This document shows, piece by piece, positions 1 through 13,260 of a stretch of DNA of 64,000 nt. The notes below the pieces were generated by a model that was not told the origin of the DNA, searched no databases, and saw only the letters and a list, made by a program, of their open reading frames with translations. The DNA lies in NCBI GenBank assembly GCA_964016885.1, contig OZ024741.1, forward strand, positions 392,460,001 to 392,524,000, read 5' to 3'. The stretch comes from Eledone cirrhosa (taxonomy: Eukaryota). Within the stretch, counting starts at the first letter, position 1. Every line of letters starts with the position of its first letter. The position numbers were made by a program, and so were the translations under genes.

Positions 1-280
1 TAATATGGAAGTATAAACTTTACAAAATATGTTGTATAGATTATGAGCAAATCAATTTCTGAAAATTATTTGTGTTATAAAGAAGGTAATGAAATTGTAT
101 TTCAAGATGGACTAATGTAATTCTTTATTGTTTATTTACTTTAATAACCTCAAATCCTAATGCATGAATCAAGTTAGAAAATGAATGACATGACGGAGAA
201 TGAATATTAAGATAGAAAAATTTATGTAATGCCAAGAATGGCAAGATAGAAAAGTTGATGTCAAACTGATGTAATCTTAC

Positions 281-418
281 TACATTTGATTTTGAAGCTC
301 TTCTTTTGATGCCTTCATTTGACTGCAAAATTCTGTTGTCTTCACAATCCAACGACCATCCTAGAGCAATAGTACACTTCAACGAACATCGCACTGGTTC
401 GGTGTATTTGAACTTTTC
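281..418 (-). CDS. RyR: RyR exon ([14 protein letters not shown]...[11 protein letters not shown]), Repeat3-4 phospho-loop
   Basis: ttacag acceptor, gtaaga donor, 138 nt, phase 0/0. Confidence 0.9.
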
Positions 419-3400
419 CTGTAAATAATCACAAAACATGATTCTGAAATCAAGGGAATTACTGTGTATGTATATATATATTTATTAATATATTTTATCA
501 TTTCATTGAGATGTCTAAGTAAGTATTACAGACAGATAACTTTATAAATTGATATATATATATGATGGCTGCAACTTAATTTTGAGTAATACCATCGCTT
601 AATATTTAAGCATGAGCATCATGGATGTGACTTTTTAGTCCTGCTAGGGACTACCAGGCATCGCAAAAAATGTCACATACTAAGCAATGTCTGTGCTTGA
701 AGATTTTTTAAGCATGGAAAGGCTTTGCAAGGGGCCAATCCCACTCTCTAAACATTGAATGTATTTGGCAAAAAAGAACTGGTCTCCATCATTGGATGCA
801 AATGAAGTTGCAGGTTTTATACCAGAGTGACCTTATCCTAGAGAGATGTCTTTATGAAGACTAAGAGTCTCTCGCTCCACATAATTGGATGGCCACTGAT
901 TCTCCTGAATTCCCCTGCCCTTTGACGTTTTTTTTTCCATCTCGCAGGGTGTTGAAAATCACCCTCCACCCACACATATTTATTTTTTTTATGTTTGTTC
1001 CTCTTCTCACTCTCTATACTTCTATTTAATCTTTTATTTCTCATTCTGTCTTCTGATGGACTATATCAAGTGTTAAAGTTTTATATTTCTTCATTGCACT
1101 ATGTTCTTTGCTTTCTTGTTTCTCTTAACTTTTTGCATATATATATATATACACGTACATGTATAGGTGTGTATCTATATTCAGTTGTGTTTAATAGTGG
1201 GCTATGTTGCATTTTTCCATATTAACAGAGCTCTAGACTGAAATAATTACTGAAGTTGATATGACAGACTAAAAACCTTTTAAAGTTATGCTCCAGCATG
1301 GTCACAATCCAATGACTGAAGCCAGTAAAAGAATAAAAGAACATATGCTTAAATAAGTATTTAATACACTATATACATACATATATTTATGTGAACACAC
1401 ATACAGAGAATGAAATCTACATACTGCCTCGGTAAGAAGATGATATGGTTTCAGTGATGGGTGAGTTTTCTTGTCTTCATTATATTCAGTCCCATAGACC
1501 CATGTTTGGTCAACCTATAAAAATGACAAATAATAAACCATGGATGTTCTAATGAAAGACATTGCTTATTATTTTCATATAACTTTGAAAATAGTCAAGA
1601 ATTTAGAGAGATATAGATTTAGAGTCGCTCCAGGTAGAGCCACTACTTCTCCGAATTGAGAAATCACAGCTCTGATATTATGGACAAGGGGTTAGAATGT
1701 CTCAGGGAAGAATCATTGGACATATTTTATAGCCAAAAACCAACCAGCAGGAGACCCATAGGTAAAACGCCAAGCAAGATGGTTGGATAACATCCATGAG
1801 CTCGGCTGGTCTCACTTGGGGATCCAGCCAGATCAATTGGAGAAGGTTGCTGCTGACAGGACCCGCTGGAAGGAGTGTTTGACGACTCTGCTCCCATGAC
1901 CCTCCCAGAAATGAGTGGGTGATGAAGAAGAAGATAGTAATATAAATTTATCATTATTATGCTGGTGTTTGGGATGTAACTTAAAAGTTCTTACAATGAT
2001 AATAGGAGTTTTATTTCATAAATATACTTTAAAATAAATAGTTTTGTATTAAAGAACCAGGGGAGGTTTCAGATGGATTGGTATTAAAATGGTTAACAGT
2101 GTTAGTTACTGATGAAGGATACTGAAAAAACATGATTTGTTGGTTAAGTTGTTATTCAAATCACAATCAATTCTGATCAAGGAGGCCTATGTTTAAAATC
2201 GTTCTAGCCATGATCATCCTGTTTTTTATCAAGCAAAGTAATGCATTTTACTTCCTTAAGACAATAGTATGTGATTTGAGGGTGATTTGGCTGCTCTATC
2301 TAGCAGAGGAAATGACTGTATTGAGGTTTCATTATTGGAAAAATTTAGTTATGGTGGCATCAACTATATAACCAGAAGTTTGGTTGTTGTTCAATCCCAA
2401 TGGAACTGATCTGTTTAGAGGTATATTGGATTGTATCTTATGTCTCCTGCATTTTTTTTAATATGGTAGGGTGCTATTTCTAGCAGGCCAAGCAACCTCA
2501 TAAAGGTTTCCAAATTGGCTTCATAGACAATTGGTTATAAAATTTAGCTAACCTAATCATCAGTGATTTGTTATAAAAATGGAAATAGTTAATCAATATT
2601 CTGTAAGATATCACGAAAATTATATAATGGTTTTGATAAAGAAGTATTTTTTAATGTTCAATGTTTTTGTTAACAGGTGCTCCACAAAATTGACAAGAAA
2701 AACTTCATGGACCACTAAATTGAAATTTACTTTTAATTATATTGTATATCACTTTAAGATATATTATATCTTTAAATTAAGAAATTAATCATGTATTTAT
2801 ATTCAGATATAAGTAAATTTACTTTTAACTGATTTTAATTGCTAGTGACTTTCTTTGGTTTTATGAAACTTGCATTAGGCTACCAAAATATTTGTTCATC
2901 TGGACCATGCGATGCATCACAGATGTAAAGAATAAATAGTTATTTGAAAATATAGTAAGTAATTATAATGATTTGGTGCTGGCGCTTCAGAATATTCTGG
3001 GTGAGCACTCTAATTTGCAAAAATTCTAAGGCAGTGTTTTAGAATAGGTATATCACCATATTCTTTTCTAAATCTGAGGGTGCACCATTGAAAAGTAGAG
3101 AGGCAGTGAAACTATTACTTCATAAGAATTTACTCATCAAGGGTATTATCTAACAATTAATTTATAATATCATCAGTAACTGATATTTTGTACATTAGGC
3201 ATTATTTACTAATGTTTTGAAAATGTTCTATTAGTTTAAACATTTATTCATAAATTATCAGAAGAAATGTTTAAACAAATGTTTCTTTAAACCTTTAGGT
3301 CATATATATTTTCAGCCAATACGATTGAGGTAATCAAAGTAATACATACTTCCCAAGTGTACAACACAAGACACCTATGGTTGATCTCATATTCAGTAAG

Positions 3401-6400
3401 CACCCATAATGATATGTAGAGATGGAACCCTAACACTTTTAATACATACATTTAGAAAATAAGAAGGAAATGTAAATAGAAGACTTAATTGAAACTATTG
3501 TATAATTTTATTAATGCTTACCTTTTTAACAGCCCAGCAATCATGATAATGCTCTGCAAATTTTGAAACCACAGCTTCTAGAGCAGGATTTAATGTAATG
3601 CTGTGAATTAAAATCAAAAGTTTATGAAAAAACAGCCTGCACAAATATATTAATTATATCAAAATTATTTTATTTCATTTCTTCATTCTTTGTACCATCA
3701 AATCAATGAATATTTTCTGGTGGCTTGAATGCCCTTCCTAACACCAACCACATTTACAGTGTGGACTGGGAGCCTTTTCACTGTCTCCTACATGGCCACC
3801 TTACAGTGTGGACTGTTGTGTCATCGACACAGTCAACAGAACAGGAGAGGGAGGATGGCGTAGGGTGGGGCAGTGGGGTGTACATTGAGTTAAGAGGTGC
3901 CTATTGACTGTAGGTTTGTATGCAAGGGCAGTTGAGTCTTCTGTACAATTGCATGGTGCCAAAGGTCTCGATCCAGTGTCATTGTCTTAGAGAGGTGCAG
4001 GTGGGCAAGGTAGGGTTTTTCTTGGTCTACCCACTCCGCACAGCTTCCATCAATTTTCATTGCCCTGCACTTTTTTATACAGCTGTCGTCCTTCATGCAC
4101 ATCACATGTCCATTCCAACACAATCTCTTCTCCAGAACACAACATTTAATACTTCTTGTGCTTAGTCTCCCTCCTAGTTCGTTTATGATTCACCTTTTGC
4201 GCACATTACTATTACACATCCATCGGAGCATGCAAGCTTAATTTCTTTCTAATCTACGCAGGTCTTCAGCACACAATGCCCAGGTCTCACTACCATGTAA
4301 TATCACCGTTCGTACACATGCATCATACAATCTGCCTTTCATTTTTAGAGAAAAAACCCTTGTGGCCAACAGCGGTATTAGCTCTCGGAACTTTTTCCAG
4401 CCTGTTCTAACTCTGGCTACTACACTTTCAGAGCACCCTCCTCCACTGCTGATTTTGTCACCCAGGTAACGGAAGGTGTCTACTATTTCTATAGAACCAT
4501 CTGGGCTGTTGAAGGAGATATCATCCAGTGGGTCCGTGCTACTTACTGTACCTGAGCATCGGCCACATATAAAATCTACATTCTTAGATAGCTTACCTGT
4601 GATCCCACTACATCATCAACATCATCATCATCATCGTTTAACATCCATGTTCCACGCTTGCATGGGTTTGGACGGAAGTATTCCCACTTGAGGCAAGAGT
4701 GATTGTCTTGCTCGCATAGGACTGTCTGGCGGGTTTTCTACAGTTGGATGCCCTTCCTAACACCAACCACATTTACAGTGTGGGACTGGGAGGTTTTTAC
4801 CGTGTTGCCTACACAGCCACATTACAGCGTGGACTGTGTGTTTTTTTGTTGTGACACCTACACGATCTCATTTGTTTCGGCCTGGATGTTGTGGCGCCAA
4901 CATAACTTTACATTGAAAGGGGCGGTGTGGATGGGGTGGGGGTGGTGGGACGGGGGTGTATTTTGTTAGAGATGCCTACTGACTGTAGTAGGTTTTACTT
5001 TGTATTTAGGTAAGGCGTGTCTTCTCTATTACTGAGTGCCGCCAAAGATTTTGGTCCAGTGACATTGTCTTGGAGAGGTGTAAGTGTGTGAGGTTGGAGT
5101 TTATCAGGTCGTCCCAGGTTTTTCTGGGTCTGCCTACTCCGTGGCTACCGTCTATCTTTATTGCCCTGCACTTTTTTATACAGCTGTCGTCTTTCATGCG
5201 CATTACGTGACCATACCAACGTAGCCTTCTCTCGAGTAAACAACATCTGATTCCTCATATTTCTAATTTTTCCCTTAGTTCGTTTATGCTTTGCCGTTCG
5301 CGTATATTACTATTACACATCCAGCGGAGCATTCAAGCTTCGTTCCTCTCTAGTCTGCGTATATCCTCTGCACACAATGCCCAGGTCTCACTGCCATACA
5401 ACATTGCTGTTCGTATGCAGGCATCATACAGCCTGCCTTTCATTTTTAGGGAGAACCCTTTAGCGGCTAATAGTGGTATAAGCTCTCGGAACTTTTTCCA
5501 TCCAGTTCTGACTCTAGCTACTGTACTTTCAGAGCACACTCCCCCACTGCTGATTTTGTCACCCAGGTAACGGAAGCTGTCCACTATTTCTATAGAACCC
5601 TCTGCGCAATTGAAAGAGCTAGTATTTTATGGGCACTTGCTGCTACTTATTGCACCAGATCACCGGCCACATGTAAAATCTATGTTCTTAGTTAGCTTAC
5701 CTGTGATCCCACTACATCTTTTATGCACCCATATATTGCATTTGGGACATAAAATGGAGTTTCTACCTACGCCTTTCCTACACACTGAGCATGGCCATTT
5801 CCCGGAAGGGACCGGCGCCTTATTTTCTTTCCTACAAACTAGAACTTTAGTCTTAGCCAGGTTAATTTTAAGGCCTTTTGATTCTAGGCCGTGCTTCCAT
5901 GTTTGGAATTTCTTCTCTAGCTCGGCCATTGATTCAGCTATGAGCGTTAGATCATCTGCGTATAGGAGTTCCCATGGACAGCCGGTCTTGAACTCCACTG
6001 TTATAGCCTGAAGGGCAATAATAAATAGTAGGGGGCTAAGAACAGAGCCCTGATGAACACCAACTTTTACGCTAAACTCTTCACTATATTCGTTGTTAAT
6101 TCTAACCTTGCTGACTGTTTCTTTATACATGGCTTGTATAGCTCTCACAAGCCATTCATCAACACCTAGTTTTCTAAGAGCCCACCAGATAATGGAACGG
6201 GGGACTCTGTCGAAGGCTTTCTCCAAGTCGACGAAAGCTAAGTATAGGGGTTTACTTTTAGCTAGGTACTTCTCCTGGAGTTGTCGTACAATGAAAAGAG
6301 CGTCTGTGGTACTTTTGCCTGACACAAACCCGAACTGCATTTCATCTAGATCGATTCTCTCTCTGATTAGTTGCGCTATTACTTTTTCCGTGACCTTCAT

Positions 6401-8702
6401 GACCTGGTCGATTAATTTAATGCCTCTATAGTTACTCCTATTTAGGGCGTCTCCTTTACCCTTGTAGCAGTTAATGATGATGCTGCTATGCCAGTCCTTC
6501 GGAACAACCCCATTCTGTATGACTTGGTTTACTATCCGGGTGACCATGGTGTGTCCCACCGTTCCAGAGGCTTTCAGCATTTCAGCAACTATTTCCGAAG
6601 GCCCAGCCGCCTTACCCGTCTTCATATCTTTGATTGCCTTACTTATTATACTACCTTCAACTAACACTGCTGGTCCCTCTATTGGGTCGATGTGGGGTAG
6701 ACTGTCTTTCTCCCATTTATTCTCCTCATTTAGTAGCCTTTCGTAGTGACACTTCCAAGCTACCTTCTTATCAGCGTCAGTGATGGCAAGTACGCCATCA
6801 TCATTAAGTACACACTTCTCCCCGACAACTTTTATGTATCCATAGTTTGCATTTGGGACATAGAATGGAGTTTCTGTCTACTCCTTTCTTACACACTGAG
6901 CATGGCCATTTCCCAGAGGGTACCTGTGCCCTATTCTTTCTACATACTAGAACCTTAGTCTTAGACAAGTTGACTCTAAGGCCTTTTGATTCAAGGCCAT
7001 GCTTCCATGTTTGGAACTTCCTCTTTAGTTCAGCCATGGATTCAGCTATGAGAGTTAGATCATCTGCGTATAGAAGTTCCCATGGTAGCCAGACTTAAAC
7101 CCCTCTGTTATAGCCTGTAGGACAATAATAAACAGGAGGGGGATAAGAACAGAGCCCTGGTGAACCCCTACTATTATGCTAAATTCATCACTATATTTTT
7201 TGTTAATTCTAACCTTGCTGACTGTTCCTCTATACATGGCTTATATAGCTCTCACAAGCCATTCTTCCACTCCTAGTTTTCTAAGAGCCCACCAGATTAA
7301 GGTGCATGGGACTCAGTCAAAGGCCTTCTCAACAAAAGCTAAGTAGAGGGGTTTACTGTTAGCTAGGTACTTCTGTAATTGCCGTACAAGGAAAAGAGCA
7401 TCTGTGGTATTTGATGTAAAATAATATATTGATCATATTCAGATAATTTTGGCATAAAACGAATGTTAGTATTTGTTCATTGTTATTCTAAATAAAATAG
7501 GAAATGGCTTTGATATATGAAAACTTACTTTTTGATATTGACTGGGTTAGGAACATACTCTGCTTCTCCAATACCTTGAACAGTGGAGATGTCATCTTGA
7601 TTAGTCAAAGAATAATCTGGAGACATAGCACAGCCTATTGCAGAGAGGCATGGTAAGGCCCGAGAAAACAGTTCAGGATCATAACCCTGCAAGTGCAAAA
7701 TTTGAATTTGAAATATTGAAATGAATTAAATCACAAAGTTTCAAAGTATGTTTTTCTTTTTCAAATCAAAGTAAATTTCTGTTATTCTTTTTCTGTTCTT
7801 GGATGGGTAAATAAATAGCAATTGTATACAAGTATTCATTCTATAACTATACTTGGTCAATAGAATGTTGTGGTTTTGTAACAATGTATTAGGTATAATT
7901 AGTTTACTTACTCTTTGGGCCAATGAGTCAAATATGCCACTGAAAAGAACCATTGTCAGACGACGTTCTTCTTCACTTGCAGATCCAAAGGATCCCCAAC
8001 CACCGTGGCTTCCATAGTAACTTCCACACCTCTCATAATGTGATGTTAATAACTGAAAAATTAGACATATAAGAGAATGACAAAGAATGAAATGTGGAAA
8101 TATATAAAATAACTTGAAAAATTGAATTTATAATAAAAAAAATAATATATCATGTACAAAACGATATATGTAAGTAGGCTAAAACAATATTTGTTGTTAG
8201 TCAACATGTACAGGTATCTGCCAGAGGACACGTGATATACCAGATTGAATACAACAAATGCAAGGATTTCTACATTGGTAGTACGACTTGACCACCCAAC
8301 CCCTACATTAAAGAACATCTCAATACTCATCCATCTTCATTAAAAAAATTGACATTAAAATAAATTCCTAAACTAGTCGAAAATCAAATAAAAAAATGAC
8401 TCAAATATATAATTAATTGCAATTTATTAAACCCCAAAACTAATAAAACCAAAGCAGAGAATTAAGATTCTTACTCTCAATGGCACAACTGCACTATCAG
8501 ATAAAGCAGGTACATCCACAGTCATTTTTCTCAGAAGCTTTGTCATCATTGGTGGACGGAGTTGACTGAAAAGTAGAAAAATTCATCTTGAGACAATTTA
8601 AAGACAAATTAGAATACAATAAAACATTTCTACATCCTAGTTTATATATATAATCAAATAGTGTGCCGATTAATGTTGATAACATAATGAATAATGTTAA
8701 TA

Positions 8703-8772
<70 letters not shown>

Positions 8773-11700
8773 CATGATACACAGATACATGATTGAAAAA
8801 GAGCATACATGGTACAAGTCATACTGGAACTGATGAGACACAATTAGAATGAAACTGTAATGCCATTGATAATTAAGCATTGGGAAAATTTGAAATGTTT
8901 GTGTCCAAACTCAAACAATCATTTATAGCGATCAAGTATTATTATGGTCATTTGCATTGGCATACATACCTTTCAAATTTGAAATTGCAGTCTTTTGTTT
9001 GTTAAGGCCTATATGTTCTCTCTAGTGTCATGATACCAAAATTGATTTTGAGCAAGAATTAGAAATATTTTCTATTATAGATTTAATTAGTTTATTTTCT
9101 ATGGTTTTATTTAATTAACTTTTAGTTTTAAAGACAAAAGAATAAATGAGCTACTGTTGTTGTTTAGCTTCAAGTCAGCTCCATTTGAGCAGACTTATGA
9201 GTAAAAGCATTCACATTATGATCACGCTATTTTTCTTTTTTACGCACAATGTATCTGGACTACCTTAACTAATGTGTCCCATATTAACCTTTTTATGACC
9301 ATATTTCTAATGTAATATACAATATCAATCAATTAATAAACATTTTTGAGGGACTTACTAAAATTATTCATCATTTCATCACTAAGATGGTAACTTAGCA
9401 TATGGTTCTCATGTGAAATTATAAAATTATAATCGAAGATTTTAATTTAAATAGGCGCCTTTTGAAATGGGTAATTTTGTTTCATAGAACCAAAGCTGGT
9501 TTTAGCTAAGTTGGTATCAAAAGGGTTAAAATAGTAGACTGAGATTTGAGGAGGAATAATATATGGAAGAAACTGCAGAGTAAATGATGAGAAGAACTAT
9601 TACTGATTTCTAACATCTGCGCAAGGTGACAAACTTCAAGCTTTAGACAAGGAATACAGTGATACAGTTGATTAAATCAATCTCAGGTACCTGACTGGAA
9701 CCTATTTTTATTTTATTGACACCAGAAGGATTTGAACTCTGAATATAAAGTGATGCAGCTAAATACCTTAAAGCAATTTGCCAATGACTATTGATTCTAC
9801 CATTCATTATTTTTCCAATAAGAATGAACTTTAATTATATCATTCAATAAATTAAAAAAAGTTTCCCAAAACAACAGTTTAATTTGTCATTTTTCTGAAT
9901 GTTGCTCCTGTAGGAATCAATTTCATTTTTTAAAACTATTAAAATGAAACAAGAACTGGTACATATTTTCTTCATTTCCCCACCAAATGATATATTTCAA
10001 TGAAGTTGAGCATTTTTCAATGCAGTTAAATCAAGAAAGCCCTAATATTTCTCTCTCCCTAAAGTCATCATTAAAAAATAAAAATTGAGAATGTACCATA
10101 CATATGCACACACACACACACAAACACATATATACTTACACTTAGTATTGGCGATTGTGAGAATGTACCATACATATGCACACACAAACACATATATACT
10201 TACACTTAGTATTGGCGATTGTGAGTACTTAATACCATAGTAGGAGTTCATATATTTTTTATTAAGGCTTGGTTTGAGTTTTGTCTGGTAGCCCTGTGAG
10301 TTCACAGGAGAAACTCCAGAGTAACAAGATACAGGCTTGGCCTTAATAATTCAGTGTAAGGGAGAGAGAGAGGTAACTAAATAAGCTAGTCTGGAGAAGA
10401 GCATTGTTAGAAAACTATCAGGACAAAAGCAATACCTATGGCATGACAGGCCTTAATTACTTGGATTGCCTAAAACCTTTCAGACTCTATTCTCTTCCAC
10501 AACACCAAGAATGCTACATCATTTGTACAATGTAAAAATATACCATTAACATTGTCCAAATTTTAAAAGCCCCCAAACTTTGTCTCCTGTGCCATATACC
10601 CTTTACTAAAATGAAACTCACAGCACATAACTACATTATACAGCATTTTTAATCCAAACCAGCCTTGCTTCATTGAACACTATCCCCAAATAAAAATATT
10701 AAGAAAAAACATCATAGCTTTCAAATGGTATCAAGACAAATTCCTCCAAGAAATACCAGACAAATCAGTAACAACAAAATATGTTTCAGTCAACAACTCA
10801 ACACTCAAGTGTTCTATGGCACCTCCATGTATACAGCATCCACAAGTGTATGGCATTCTCAGGTAGTACTATTATGTTAGACAAGGAATGAGCAAATACT
10901 GGCTAAAACCTATCACAGAGTTGGCCAGTTTTCCCCTGTTGCTATTCTGTGAGATTTGCCCAGCCCATTCCAGTATGGAAAAGGCAATGTAAAATGATGG
11001 CAATGATGATGTTACAGTAGATGGCATATATATATATATATATATATATATAAGAATGTATGTAGTCATACATTACATACAATGTAGCATATGAATTGAT
11101 CAACTCTATATCAAAAATATTCCTAGCCTTGCTCTTAGATAGTTTTGGGGATATAATCCATAGAAAGAAGCCGGGTTTATTTTCTGAAGGAACATGCTTT
11201 TAACTTAGATCTTAGCTTTAATGTGATTAATACCAGTAAAAGAGATATAGCAATTGATGAAATTCAATTAAGAGAATGAATGAATAAATATATTTCATCT
11301 GCATGGTTGAGTGTTAGGGGCTTCAGACACAACCACCACTCTTCCAATCATTCATTATGCCTTCATGTTTCTTTGGGTAGAATAAGGGCAGCAGGCCCCA
11401 TGTTCTTTTCCAACCTGATTTACAGTTGGGTTGATTCCCTTAACCTTCAACTCAACACAGCCATTCACAGCCAGTGAGAGTTTATATTTGGAGTTGTCCT
11501 TCTAGTCTGTCTGACTTGTAAGGCACAGACCCCTCCCCCACCCAGTTATACCGTATGGATACTTAGTGGCTGGCATGCTGTTAAACTACTGGCACCTCTT
11601 AGCTTCTGTTAAAGCATGTCTCTCAGTGTATTGGAATAATGTTTCTTTAAATTGTTTCACTCTACTTTCCTTTTCCAAAAAGAAACAAAAAAAACAATAG

Positions 11701-13205
11701 ACAACCACATATCGAGCATTGAAACATTTCCTTAAATTGCCTCACTCCATCTTCAAACAGACAGTGGGTAATCATGGATAATAGCTCGCCCAGCACTGAA
11801 ACAATACTTCTTAAAATCACCCTACTCCCCTTTCAAAGGAACATTTGATTTCAATCTAAAACAATACAATGTTCAGCATTGATGTAATGTTGCTTTAAAT
11901 TATTTCCCTCTACTTCCCTGTTTTAAAGAAACAGTAGATAACACTATGTTCAACATTAAAACAATGATTCTTCAAATCATTTAATTCTACTTTCAAAGAA
12001 AAGTGGGTAGCAAGCAGTACACCTGGTTTTGGGATAATGGTACATCTGGTATTGCAATCTGAAACAATTTTTCTTCAAATCTGGGATAACAGTACATTCA
12101 GTATTGAAATAATTCTATATATGCACACATTCCTAGCTTGATGATTGATTTCAATCTAAAACAATACAACTGGATGATGATCATTTTGCATGTAGATTGA
12201 TACATAAAAAGTCTAACTGAGAGATAGGGAATTCAGGGTTCTAACAGCACTGAATTCAAATGAAACTAAAATATGTTGGAACTGTGATCCTTTAACTGTT
12301 GGGTACATATGGTCTCTTTGTGGGTTACAATCTTAAAATGACTCAGAATAAATCAATATGATTTTCTGTATAACATGGTGGAAATGTTGGCACATAATTT
12401 TAAGAGATTCTATTGCATATAAAACTCTGATTAAACAAAGTAGCCCCAACATTCCCTCCTAAAACAAACTACTTCTTTTTAACAATTTTCACAAACAATT
12501 TACGTCTGGAAAATAAACTTCAGTAATTTGTCAAAGGAACTTCTTGCTAGTTCAATGTTTGTATAGCATATATGAATTTAGGTATTTGTTGAAGTCAATC
12601 AAAAAATTATGTCAAACTTTATAGCATAGTAGGAACATTGGCAAGGGTGTTTGTAGGATTTTATAAGGTACAATAACCAAGCTGTTTTCTCTGCAATATA
12701 ATCTGAAGTGAAATACTTCAATAAACTATTACGTATTTTATCTTTTTCTATATTCCTCACTCTTAAGTAAAGAGCAGGAGTCTGAAACATTAGATTTTTC
12801 GCTCTTCATGACCGCTGAACTTATGAGTCTCTCCTATTGCTATTTGTAATAGCTTTCAGGTTTATCAATGTAAATCAATGTAAGGTATATTATAACTGGT
12901 GATGAAGTATTTCATGCCCTAGCTTGTTTATCTGACAGGAATGTAGTTAGATGCTCCTGGCAGTCACAAGAACAGATTCTAAAAGTCATGGTGACTGTCT
13001 GTCTGGAAAGTACTTGCTCTCAGTCAACTTATCAATGAATATATATATTCTCAATTTATTTTCAGATTATCAGATTTTTTGAATGAGAAAATAAAATAAA
13101 TGTAATTATGAGAAATGCTCACTATGAAAAGTTAATTTTTTACCAATATAATATACTTTTGAACTGCATATTTTCAATGAGTGTTATTTCAAAAAATGCC
13201 ACCAA

Positions 13206-13260
<55 letters not shown>

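Noticed and set aside
2109-2140. CTGATGA...GAAA hammerhead-like motif
   Set aside because: Only a 2-bp stem II and no convincing helix I or III
3301-3450. Possible mutually exclusive RyR exon between 3522 and 1514
   Set aside because: No RyR-like translation or proper splice pair; the flanking exons already join in frame
5610-7098. Plus-strand ORFs over the LINE
   Set aside because: Antisense shadows of the RTE ORF
10440-10860. Possible decayed Penelope RT thumb on the plus strand
   Set aside because: Similarity too weak to support by eye
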